From an uncultured delta proteobacterium (lineage in GTDB: Bacteria > Desulfobacterota > RBG-13-43-22), in the NCBI GenBank assembly GCA_963843145.1, contig CAWJJC010000022.1, forward strand, positions 224,001 to 288,000: a DNA stretch of 64,000 nt, given 5' to 3'. Positions 37,839-46,398 of this stretch are shown in pieces; the first letter of the stretch is position 1; each line of letters opens with the position of its first letter. The notes below the pieces were generated by a model. The model made no database searches. It saw only the letters and a program-made list of their open reading frames with translations, and was not told where the DNA came from. Position numbers and translations under genes: made by a program.

Positions 37839-40397
37839 ATGTTGGATTCCATCAAATCTTTTTTCCGACGAAAAAAAAGCGAGGAAGGACTAAGCCTGCA
37901 GTTCCTGTTCCAAAGCTTCCGGGAACTGTTGGATTACAACAACCGAGCTCTGGACCTGATGGCCGATATGGGGGAAAAACTAGGCGGCGATTATCTGTTC
38001 GACAAACAGTATATTGAGACCGTGATCGCCGAGTTGGAGGAGGCGGTCTATAAAGTCGTCTACGATCTGAATTTAATCACTCCGAAGAAGTACCTGGAGC
38101 TGTTCACCGTTTTTGAAAAGGCTAAAATCGAAATTCAGGGCGAGTTGAGCTCCCGCTTCACCATCCCTAAGGGAGCCTACGTATATTCGCTAGGGGAACT
38201 GACCAAAGAAATGTCCGATTTTGCCGGAGAAAAAATGGCTACTCTGGGGGAACTCCGGAACCGTCTGGGATTGCGGATTCCGGAAGGTTTTGTGATTTCC
38301 ACCTATGCCTTCAAGCAGTTTATCGAAGCCAACGAGTTGGAATCCCTGGTGGCCCCCCTGGGGGAAGGGAAGTTACAGCCGGAGGTCATGGAGGAAAAGG
38401 CCCGGGAACTGCGGGAACGGATCCTGCGGGCCAAGGTCCCTTCGGAAATCAGGAAGGCCATCCGGAAAGTACTTTCTTCTCAGGAGGCCCTTCCGGTGAA
38501 GCACTGGGCGGTGCGCAGCAGCGCGGTTGGGGAAGACAGCCAAATCAGTTATGCCGGCCAGTATACCACGGTTTTAAATGTCCCCTCCGCGCAAATCGAG
38601 GCCGGCTACAAACAGGTAGTCGCCAGCCTGTTTGCTCCCCCGGTTATCCAGTATCGCCTACAGCGGGGGAGCCGGCAGCAGGAAATGGCCATGGCCGTCG
38701 GCTGTCTGTCCATGCTCTCCCCCCGGGTCAGCGGGGTCGTCTACACCGCCGATCCTAACGGCTTTGAAGGGAACGAAATGATCCTGGCGGCCGCCTGGGG
38801 GTTGGGTAAATTGGTGGTGGACGGGGAAAGAGCAGTGGATCAATACAAGGTTTCCAAAAATCCACCCTTTCCGGTTTTGTGGCAGCATATCGGGATTAAA
38901 AATGAACAATATGAATTGTCCGAAGCCGGGGGGATCGCCCTGGTCCCGGTCCCTCCGGAAAAGCAGGAGGTCCCCTGTCTGGATGAATCCCGGATGCGCG
39001 AAGTTCTGGCCGGGGCCATCCGGATTGAACAATACATGAAATCCTTCCAGGACATCGAATGGGCCATCGATTCCCAGGGCCAAGTCACCTACCTTCAGGC
39101 TCGGCCGCTCCAATTTACCGGCAAATTGAAATTGGATAAAAACCGGCTGATTACCGCCGCCCAGCAATATCCGATATTGCTAAAAGACCGGGGAGTGATC
39201 GCCAGCCGGGGTATCGGGGCCGGGACCGTTTTCCAAGTGCAATCCGAAGAGGACAGCCGACATTTTCCCCGCGGCGCAGTGCTGGTCTTGAAACATACTT
39301 CGCCCCGCCTATCCAAACTGGTTCCCGCCGCCAGTGCGGTGGTGACCGATATCGGGGCCGTCACCGGTCACATGGCCACCATCTGCCGGGAATTCCGGGT
39401 GCCCACCATCGTGGATACCGCCTTGGCTACGGAGGTCCTGAAATCCGGAATGGAAGTGACGGTGGATGCCGAAGAGAATGTGATCTATCAGGGGATCGTC
39501 AAAGAACTCCTGACCGCCCAGTTGATCGATCACATCCCCTATGAAGAAACCTATGAATTCAAATTGCTGCGGCGCTTGTTAAAAAAGGTTTCCATCCTGA
39601 ACGTGACCGATCCCCAATCCACTGATTTCGATTCGGCCCACTGTAAAACGTTTCACGACATCATCCGGTTTTCCCATGAAATGGCGGTCCGGAGGATCGC
39701 CCAGGGCATTCACCCCAGCCAGTTGGGTTTCATGCATTCGCTGACTAAAGTTAAGTTGCCCGTCCCGCTGGACCTGACCATCCTGGACATCGGGGGGGGG
39801 ATCCGAACGGGCCTTTCCTCCAACGAGATCTCCCTGGAAGAGATCGCCTGCGAGCCTTTGTCCATCCTGCTCCGGGCTTTGATCGCGCCGGGGGTCTGGC
39901 AGTCCCAACCGGTGGATTTGGACCTGAAGGGTTTCATTTCCAGCTTTACCAGCAACCTTTCCACCCAGGCGCTGGCCGCCGATAGCTCGAATGTGAATTT
40001 GGCCATTGTCTCCAAAGAATATATCAATCTAAATTTAGGTCTGGGGTACCATTTTAATATGGTGGACGGCTACCTTTCCAACGATCGCAACAGCAACTAC
40101 CTCTATTTTCGATTCTTCGGCGGCGTCACCGAATTCACCCGCCGGAGCCGACGGGTCAGGGTGTTGGCTCAGATTTTGGAAAAAAATGATTTTGCCGTGG
40201 AAAGCAAAGCGGACTTGATCATCGGCCGTATTAAAAAGATGGACCGCCCGAATATGGAGAACAAATTTCGTATGCTCGGACGATTAATCGGCTACACCCG
40301 GCAACTGGACGTCTTATTGCGGACGGATCAGGACATCGATTTTTTTACCAACCAGTTCTTTGAAGGGGAGGCGAATGCCCATCCCCTGACCGATTGA
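37839..40397 (+). CDS. PEP-synthase-like dikinase (ATP-grasp + swivel His domain, no PEP-binding barrel)
   Basis: GEKMATLGE, AVRSSAVGED, YAGQY.T, SGV.YT, WGLG, QDIEWA, LQARP; swivel TGHMATICRE; start set at MLDSIK. Confidence 0.88.
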   Translation: MLDSIKSFFRRKKSEEGLSLQFLFQSFRELLDYNNRALDLMADMGEKLGGDYLFDKQYIETVIAELEEAVYKVVYDLNLITPKKYLELFTVFEKAKIEIQGELSSRFTIPKGAYVYSLGELTKEMSDFAGEKMATLGELRNRLGLRIPEGFVISTYAFKQFIEANELESLVAPLGEGKLQPEVMEEKARELRERILRAKVPSEIRKAIRKVLSSQEALPVKHWAVRSSAVGEDSQISYAGQYTTVLNVPSAQIEAGYKQVVASLFAPPVIQYRLQRGSRQQEMAMAVGCLSMLSPRVSGVVYTADPNGFEGNEMILAAAWGLGKLVVDGERAVDQYKVSKNPPFPVLWQHIGIKNEQYELSEAGGIALVPVPPEKQEVPCLDESRMREVLAGAIRIEQYMKSFQDIEWAIDSQGQVTYLQARPLQFTGKLKLDKNRLITAAQQYPILLKDRGVIASRGIGAGTVFQVQSEEDSRHFPRGAVLVLKHTSPRLSKLVPAASAVVTDIGAVTGHMATICREFRVPTIVDTALATEVLKSGMEVTVDAEENVIYQGIVKELLTAQLIDHIPYEETYEFKLLRRLLKKVSILNVTDPQSTDFDSAHCKTFHDIIRFSHEMAVRRIAQGIHPSQLGFMHSLTKVKLPVPLDLTILDIGGGIRTGLSSNEISLEEIACEPLSILLRALIAPGVWQSQPVDLDLKGFISSFTSNLSTQALAADSSNVNLAIVSKEYINLNLGLGYHFNMVDGYLSNDRNSNYLYFRFFGGVTEFTRRSRRVRVLAQILEKNDFAVESKADLIIGRIKKMDRPNMENKFRMLGRLIGYTRQLDVLLRTDQDIDFFTNQFFEGEANAHPLTD

Positions 40398-40446
40398 AGA
40401 GGGTTTTTCGATTGGGGAAAGGTCCCTAACGGGGAAGGAGGTTCCA

Positions 40447-40818
40447 ATGAAAAGTGATATTGCTGTCATGGTCCTGGACGATGAACCGATAGTCGGGGAG
40501 CGGCTCCGGCCGGTCCTGGAAAAGGAGGGCTTTCAGGTGGAAGTTTTTACCGACAGTCGGCAGGCGATCAACCGGCTGGAGGAGAAGCATTTTCAGGTCC
40601 TGGTAACCGATCTGAAAATGAGCGGGCCTACCGGCATCGATGTCCTGCGGTTTCTCAAAGACCGGAAACGGGACACCGAAGCCATCGTCATTACCGGATA
40701 CGCGACGATTGAAAGCGCCCGGGAAGCCGAATATCTGAACGCACAATTCGTCACCAAACCTTTCAAGCTGGAGCACATCGTTAAACTGGTGGAGAAAGCG
40801 GCTAAAAAATTCAAGTAA
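40447..40818 (+). CDS. Stand-alone receiver protein
   Basis: LDDEPIVGERL, VTDLKM, ITGYAT, TKPF. Confidence 0.92.
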   Translation: MKSDIAVMVLDDEPIVGERLRPVLEKEGFQVEVFTDSRQAINRLEEKHFQVLVTDLKMSGPTGIDVLRFLKDRKRDTEAIVITGYATIESAREAEYLNAQFVTKPFKLEHIVKLVEKAAKKFK

Positions 40819-40846
40819 TTCCTGCCGGCTTTGGAGCGGAGGTCCC

Positions 40847-41215
40847 ATGGAACCCATTCCCAGCGTAATGATCCTGGATGACGAACCGATCGTCTGCGAA
40901 CGACTGCGTTCCACCCTGGAGAAGGTGAATCTCGATCTCGAAACCTTTACCGACCCCCGGGAAGCGATTAAGCGATTTTCCGAAAAAAAATTTCAGGTCT
41001 TGATTACCGATCTCAAAATGAAAGAATTAGACGGTATCGAAATCTTGAAACGGGTCAAACAGGTTTCCCCGGAAACCCAGGTGATTATCATTACGGGTTT
41101 CGCTACAGTCGAAAAGGCAAAAGAAGCCCTAAAAATCGGGGCCTATGACTTTATCGCCAAACCTTTTAAACTTTCTCAGTTACGGGATTTGGTGGTCAAG
41201 GCTCTCGAGCGGTGA
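40847..41215 (+). CDS. Stand-alone receiver protein
   Basis: LDDEPIVCERL, ITDLKM, ITGFAT, AKPF. Confidence 0.92.
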   Translation: MEPIPSVMILDDEPIVCERLRSTLEKVNLDLETFTDPREAIKRFSEKKFQVLITDLKMKELDGIEILKRVKQVSPETQVIIITGFATVEKAKEALKIGAYDFIAKPFKLSQLRDLVVKALER

Positions 41216-41293
41216 GGCGCGGTCCCCATCTCAAGAAACGGCCTTCAGGGTTCAGAAGTTCGCCAAGTACCTATTCGTACCAAAGGAGGAAAA

Positions 41294-42130
41294 ATGGCCA
41301 TCATTACCATTTCCAGGGGCACCATGAGCGGCGGGGAATCCCTGGCGAAATGTCTTTCCGAGAAACTGGGATTTCCAGCCGTCAGCCAGGAAATTATCGA
41401 GGAGGCCTCCAGACGGTCCGGGATCTCCCCATCCCTTCTTCAGCAGCAACTGGAAAAAACCAAAGGATTGGTCCACGGCTCTTCCCCCGAGCGGCGTTGT
41501 TATCTTACCGCTATTCAATTGGCCCTGGCCGAAAGGATGCAAGAAGGTTCGTTCATCTATTATGGACATGCAGGACATCTATTGTTAAAAAAACTGCCCC
41601 AGGTCCTGAAAGTCCGAGTGATCGCCCCTCTGCAGTCGAGAGCCCAGAAACTGGCCGAGACGCAAAATATTACCCTGGAAGAAGCCCAAAAAAACATCGA
41701 GAAAATGGACGAGGGCCGGATTAAGTGGACTCGTTTTTTGTACGAGGTAGACTGGCGGGACCCGGCACTCTATGATTTGGTCATTAATCTGGATGCCATA
41801 ACGATAGAGGGCGCCTGCGGTATTATCGAGTGTGCTTTAAACCAAACGGAGTTTGCCGAGTCTCCGGATTCTTCGGCGAGCATTGAGGATTTTGTCCTGG
41901 CCAGCCGGGTGAAGCACGCTCTGGCGGTCCATGACCATACCAAGGGGTTGGAATTGGAAGTATTTGCCGAAAAGGGGGTTATTAAGATCAGCGGGAGCTT
42001 TGAGACCGGCGGGATTTTTCCCAGTGGGAAAAAACGAATCAAAAACGACCTGACCGTTGTGGCGCAACAGGTCCCGGGCGTTAAAAAAGTCCAGATCGGC
42101 CTTGAAGATATTCCGGTAGCCTTGGAATAA
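41294..42130 (+). CDS. Cytidylate-kinase-like + BON protein
   Basis: MAIITISRGTMSGG, YGHAGH, LKVRVIAP, DPALYDLVIN, BON VFAEKGVIKISG..VPGVKKV. Confidence 0.88.
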   Translation: MAIITISRGTMSGGESLAKCLSEKLGFPAVSQEIIEEASRRSGISPSLLQQQLEKTKGLVHGSSPERRCYLTAIQLALAERMQEGSFIYYGHAGHLLLKKLPQVLKVRVIAPLQSRAQKLAETQNITLEEAQKNIEKMDEGRIKWTRFLYEVDWRDPALYDLVINLDAITIEGACGIIECALNQTEFAESPDSSASIEDFVLASRVKHALAVHDHTKGLELEVFAEKGVIKISGSFETGGIFPSGKKRIKNDLTVVAQQVPGVKKVQIGLEDIPVALE

Positions 42131-42155
42131 CAAATAGCCTAGAGAGGATAATCCG

Positions 42156-43112
42156 ATGGACATTGAACCCGGAATTGAGGGGAAAAGGCCGGTCTTCTTA
42201 AAACAGATCCTGGCGATTTTAGGAGAAGAGAAGGAGGTCCTGGACGGTCTCCTGCAGTTTGCCGATGAAGAGAAGGGGGTCCTGGACGGTCTTCTGCAGT
42301 TGGCCGAAGAGGGCAATAAACTCGAAGAAGAAAGGACCACTCTAGCCCGAAAGCGCAACGTCCTCACTACCCATTTGGTGGAAGACTCGGGGGCCCGAAC
42401 CGAATTGGCCCGAGAGCGCACCGAATTGAACAAACAATTGGTCAGGAATTCCGATCTGCGGACCCAGTCGGCCGAAAAACGCACGGACATGGCCGATACC
42501 CGCACCGGCCTGATGCGGGAACAGACCCGGCTATCATTCAAGAGCACCGAACTCGCCCAAGAACGGACCGGCTTGGCCAACCGGCGCACGGATATGGCTA
42601 CCAGGAGGACCGACCTGGCGGATAAACGAACTGGTCTGGCGGAGCGACGGACCAGTCTGGCGGATAGACGGACCGATCTGGCAGAGCAACGGACCAGCCT
42701 GGCGGACAGGAGGACCGGTCTGGCGGATAAACGAACTGGTCTAGCAGAGCAACGGACCGGTCTGGCGGTTCAGCGCACCCAACTGTCCAACCGCAGAACC
42801 GAACTGGCGAGCGGAAGAAATACGCTGGCCGACCTCCGGACCCACCTGTCCTCCCATCGGACCATCCTGGCAAAAGAAAGAACGCTTCTGGCCTTTATGC
42901 GCACCGGCATAGCCCTGATCGCCCTGGGGTTGGCCTTAATACGCTATTTTGGAATGGGGATCTGGACCGTGATGGATGGGTTTCTGATTCTGACCGGCCT
43001 GGTCACGATGAGCATTTCGGTTCGGGCCTATCTGTCCGCCTACCGAAAAGAACAACACGTGATCCTGGTTATCGACCAAAAGATGCGCGCTGTCGTCGAC
43101 TGGGTCGGTTAA
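42156..43112 (+). CDS. DUF202 membrane protein with an expanded heptad-repeat coiled coil
   Basis: C-terminal RTILAKERTLLAFMRT plus two TM helices (DUF202), preceded by about 20 RTxLAxx heptads. Confidence 0.8.
   Translation: MDIEPGIEGKRPVFLKQILAILGEEKEVLDGLLQFADEEKGVLDGLLQLAEEGNKLEEERTTLARKRNVLTTHLVEDSGARTELARERTELNKQLVRNSDLRTQSAEKRTDMADTRTGLMREQTRLSFKSTELAQERTGLANRRTDMATRRTDLADKRTGLAERRTSLADRRTDLAEQRTSLADRRTGLADKRTGLAEQRTGLAVQRTQLSNRRTELASGRNTLADLRTHLSSHRTILAKERTLLAFMRTGIALIALGLALIRYFGMGIWTVMDGFLILTGLVTMSISVRAYLSAYRKEQHVILVIDQKMRAVVDWVG
42229..42312 (+). repeat. 42-bp tandem duplication inside the DUF202 gene
   Basis: EKEVLDGLLQFADE / EKGVLDGLLQLAEE with near-identical DNA. Confidence 0.85.
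42457..42915 (+). repeat. Degenerate 21-bp coding tandem repeat
   Basis: Recurrent CGGACC...CTGGCGGA units; CTGGCGGATAAACGAACTGGTCT occurs twice. Confidence 0.85.
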
Positions 43113-43257
43113 GGGAAGAATTTCCCGGCGGACCATCCATTGAATTATGACGGTTACACTTAGTGGGGGAGATAACCCCACCCTGTGGAAATTTGCTTAT
43201 CCGCTAAAAGGAAATCCCCTATGTTGTAGACAGCCCGTTGGTAATCCACGAAAAAAA

Positions 43258-43290
43258 ATGGGGCCCCCCGATTTTTCGGAGGGCCCCATC
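43258..43290. terminator. Terminator hairpin between convergent operons
   Basis: ATGGGGCCCCCCGA-TTTT-TCGGAGGGCCCCAT preceded by an A-tract (U-tract for the minus strand). Confidence 0.8.
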
Positions 43291-43303
43291 CGGAGGTTGT
43301 TTT

Positions 43304-45727
43304 TTAAAGAATATATTGAGCGACACCCTCCTTGTGCACCCGGCTGACCACCCCTTCTTTGACCATCTCCTGCAGTCCGACTATAATATCTTCTTTATTG
43401 GCTTTCAGGCTTTGGCTGAGCTCTTTCAGTTCAAAAAAGCGCTTATCCGAGCTGAGTAGATTGGCGATTCGGGACTTCACCCATTCTTCCTTCAGGATTC
43501 CCAGGAAGTCCTTGTCAAAGGCCATGGCATTGCGCTGGTTTCCAGGATAGACTTCCTCCCAGGGACGCCGCAGGGTGGCCCCCAGGACCCAGCGGACCCG
43601 GGGGTTGTTCACCGTAGCGTATATCCCCTGGATCTTTTCCTGAACATGAGGGCTTCGGTCGATAGGACCCAGCTCGTTGATTAATTTGATGAAGCTCTCC
43701 ACCACCACGATGTAATCCTCCGGTTTGTTCAGGTCCACGTGGGCCAGAGCGATGCGCCGACGGTCCTGTCCGGCGAACTCCAGCAGTTTTTTAAGGACGT
43801 TGACCCGGCTCCAGGTATGATCCAGTCCGAATGAGTGGTGGCAGTCATCCGGAGGGCAGCCGATCAAGATTAGGCCGTTGGCCCCTTCCACAAAAGCCCG
43901 GGCCAGCACCGAGGGGTCCAACTGACCGATGCAGCCCACCCGCAGTAGATAGACCCGGGGGTCGTAGGCCAGGCCTTTAAGGCCGGCATTATCGGCTGCG
44001 GCCAGACCTCCCCACATACAGCCGTAGGCCAGGACTTCGCCCTCAGACAGGGACCGGGCCAGGGCGGCCACCTGGGCCTCTCGCTGTTGGTTGGTGTTGT
44101 TTTGGAGGACCAAAGCATGGTGCGGGCAGGCGGCGGCGCAGGTCCCGCCGCCGGTACAGACCATGGGGTCCACCGCCCGGGGAATGCCGCCCCCCAGGCC
44201 TTCTACGGGCTCAATCCCGCCGCAATGGCAGATTTCCTTGCACAGTCCGCAGCCCGTGCACAGGGCCTGGTCAACCGAGCAAACCATCCGGGGGGCGTAG
44301 AGCTCGTTTTTTCGAGCCTTCTCCACCAGCTCCGACGTCTTGACCGCGGCCCGGCGGCCTTGGCGCAGGGCCTCATGGAGATCGCAGGGATAGCGGGCGC
44401 TGCCGGCCAGATACATCTCATCCCGCCCCACCTGTTCGGGTCGGACCTTTTCACCTTTCACTTCCAGAAACTTCCCCTTCTCGCACGCCAAACCCAGGAT
44501 ACCGGCGATCCGGGTGGCCTCCAGACCCACCGAACGCCGTGGGGAAAGGATTAATTTGTCCCAGGAAATTTCGTATTCCGTGTGGTCCTGGGGATCGCAA
44601 TAGGTCAGGTAACCGGCCTGCACCGTAGGACGGATGGCTCCGTCGTAAGGGATCCACTTGATCTTGTGCTGCCGGGCCAACCGTCGTTCTTCGGCGGAAA
44701 GGGGGAGCTGCATGAAGTGGTTGTAGATGAAACTGATCTCGAGGTCTTTTCGCTGGCTGATCATATACTGGGCAATGGACCAGGCGGTTCGGGACGACAG
44801 GTAGGCGTATTCCGGCGTTTTGGACTCGTAGTCGTTCAGCCAGAAGACGATTTTTCCGCTCGGGACCCCGTGGGTCCAGATCAACTCCTCGATTTCCGTG
44901 TGGCAGATCACCGATTTGCCGTCATGGCCGAAGTCGGACCCCTGGTTCAACATCTGGCCGTCCAGACAGGCGATAATGGCCCCTACTTCGAAGACCTTGG
45001 AGGGTTCCCCCTCTTGGGTCGAGAAGGTAACGGTGTAATGCCCGGTCCGACCCTTGACGCTTTTCAGCTCCCCGATGGTAATCCGCCGAACCAATGGGCT
45101 TTCATCCACCTCCTGCATGATTTTTTCCAGACGGTCGTAGTAATGCCGTTCCCCCGGATATTGTTCATGAAGCATGCGGATTTCATCTTCGTACTCATCG
45201 CTCTGGACCGCCAGGATGCAGTCGATGTTTTTCCGCAGCAGTTCCTGGGCGGCCGCGTAGGTGGCGATTCCTCCTCCGAGGATCATGACCGGGCCGACAA
45301 ACTCCACCTTTTCCGAGACCGTCGGCTCCAACACCGCCTGACCGGCCACCGCCGCCCCGATCAGTTTGGCTCCCTTGGCGGCCATTTCCTGGGGTGACAG
45401 CCGGTGCACAGCGGCCACATGGTCTTTTAGGTTGACCATGTCGATCTGACCTTCTTGGATATCCGTTCCGACGAAGGCTTGGTTGAATTTTTTTAAAAGG
45501 ATGCGGGGTTCGCAGCCGGCGATCACCAGTCGGTTCAACCCATGACGTTCGACGGATGCCTTGATTTGGTTCAATCCAGGAGTCGTGCAGGACATGGGCA
45601 GGATTTCAACCTGACTGATCAGGGGATTGTTCTGGAGCGCTTCCTGTAATTCCTTGAGGTCGACCCAGGGGTCGATCCGCCCGTCGCACTGGCAGAGAAA
45701 GACGCCTATTTTTTTATTGTCGTCCAT
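43304..45727 (-). CDS. HdrA/QmoB-like protein fused to MvhD and a C-terminal winged helix
   Basis: IGVFLCQC N-terminus, AGCEPR, GGGIAT, two 4Fe-4S motifs CTGCGLC and CTGGGTCAAACP, MvhD RVGCIG..GCPPDDCH; start set at MDDNKK (AAGGAGG RBS). Confidence 0.85.
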   Translation of the reverse strand: MDDNKKIGVFLCQCDGRIDPWVDLKELQEALQNNPLISQVEILPMSCTTPGLNQIKASVERHGLNRLVIAGCEPRILLKKFNQAFVGTDIQEGQIDMVNLKDHVAAVHRLSPQEMAAKGAKLIGAAVAGQAVLEPTVSEKVEFVGPVMILGGGIATYAAAQELLRKNIDCILAVQSDEYEDEIRMLHEQYPGERHYYDRLEKIMQEVDESPLVRRITIGELKSVKGRTGHYTVTFSTQEGEPSKVFEVGAIIACLDGQMLNQGSDFGHDGKSVICHTEIEELIWTHGVPSGKIVFWLNDYESKTPEYAYLSSRTAWSIAQYMISQRKDLEISFIYNHFMQLPLSAEERRLARQHKIKWIPYDGAIRPTVQAGYLTYCDPQDHTEYEISWDKLILSPRRSVGLEATRIAGILGLACEKGKFLEVKGEKVRPEQVGRDEMYLAGSARYPCDLHEALRQGRRAAVKTSELVEKARKNELYAPRMVCSVDQALCTGCGLCKEICHCGGIEPVEGLGGGIPRAVDPMVCTGGGTCAAACPHHALVLQNNTNQQREAQVAALARSLSEGEVLAYGCMWGGLAAADNAGLKGLAYDPRVYLLRVGCIGQLDPSVLARAFVEGANGLILIGCPPDDCHHSFGLDHTWSRVNVLKKLLEFAGQDRRRIALAHVDLNKPEDYIVVVESFIKLINELGPIDRSPHVQEKIQGIYATVNNPRVRWVLGATLRRPWEEVYPGNQRNAMAFDKDFLGILKEEWVKSRIANLLSSDKRFFELKELSQSLKANKEDIIVGLQEMVKEGVVSRVHKEGVAQYIL

Positions 45728-45747
45728 AATGGGTACCTCCTTATACC

Positions 45748-46386
45748 TTATACCTTTGGGGAAGAATGGGGGCTCTGGTGACCGCTGCCGCGGACACTGT
45801 CCAGACGGGCCCGCATCGCCCCGGTCGGGCAGACCGTCACGCAGGAACCGCAGGCCACGCACACCTCTGAGGGTTTTTCAAAAGGCGACCCAACTTTTTT
45901 GTGAACGCCCCGGCCGATGGTCGTGAGGGCGGAAACGCCCACCACCTCCCGGCAAACCCGGACACATAAACCACAGAGCAGGCATTGCTCTTCGGGATTA
46001 TCAATGCGGAAACGGGTTCCGGTTACCCCATACTCCGCCGCTAGGGCGCGAATTTCCTTGCTGGCCGGGCATTCGGCCAAAAGCATCTCCAGAATCCAAC
46101 GCCGCACATTTTTTACCCGGTCGCTGTCCGTTTGCACGGAAATGCCCTCTTGCGCCGGGAACATACAGGAAATCACCACCTTGGACCAGTTGCCTTTTTG
46201 GACCTCCACTACGCACAGGCGGCAGGCCCCGCTGGGCGAAACGGCTTCGTGATAGCAGAGGGTAGGTATGTGAATGCCGTACTGGCGGGCGGTCTCCAGG
46301 ACCGTCCAGCCTTCCTGGGCCTCTACCGGCTGGTCATTGATCGTAAAAGAAACGGATCTTGTTTTCGAATGGTTCTGGTTACTCAT
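45748..46386 (-). CDS. NuoG/HydA N-terminal-like Fe-S subunit (no H-cluster domain)
   Basis: IPTLC, GACRLCVV, ISC, CLLCGLCVRVC, CVACGSC..CPT. Confidence 0.9.
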   Translation of the reverse strand: MSNQNHSKTRSVSFTINDQPVEAQEGWTVLETARQYGIHIPTLCYHEAVSPSGACRLCVVEVQKGNWSKVVISCMFPAQEGISVQTDSDRVKNVRRWILEMLLAECPASKEIRALAAEYGVTGTRFRIDNPEEQCLLCGLCVRVCREVVGVSALTTIGRGVHKKVGSPFEKPSEVCVACGSCVTVCPTGAMRARLDSVRGSGHQSPHSSPKV

Positions 46387-46398
46387 GGGGTCACCTCT

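Noticed and set aside
42457-42915. Periodic repeats suggesting a CRISPR array
   Set aside because: The 21-bp units are contiguous, in frame and degenerate at wobble positions, with no unique spacers or cas genes
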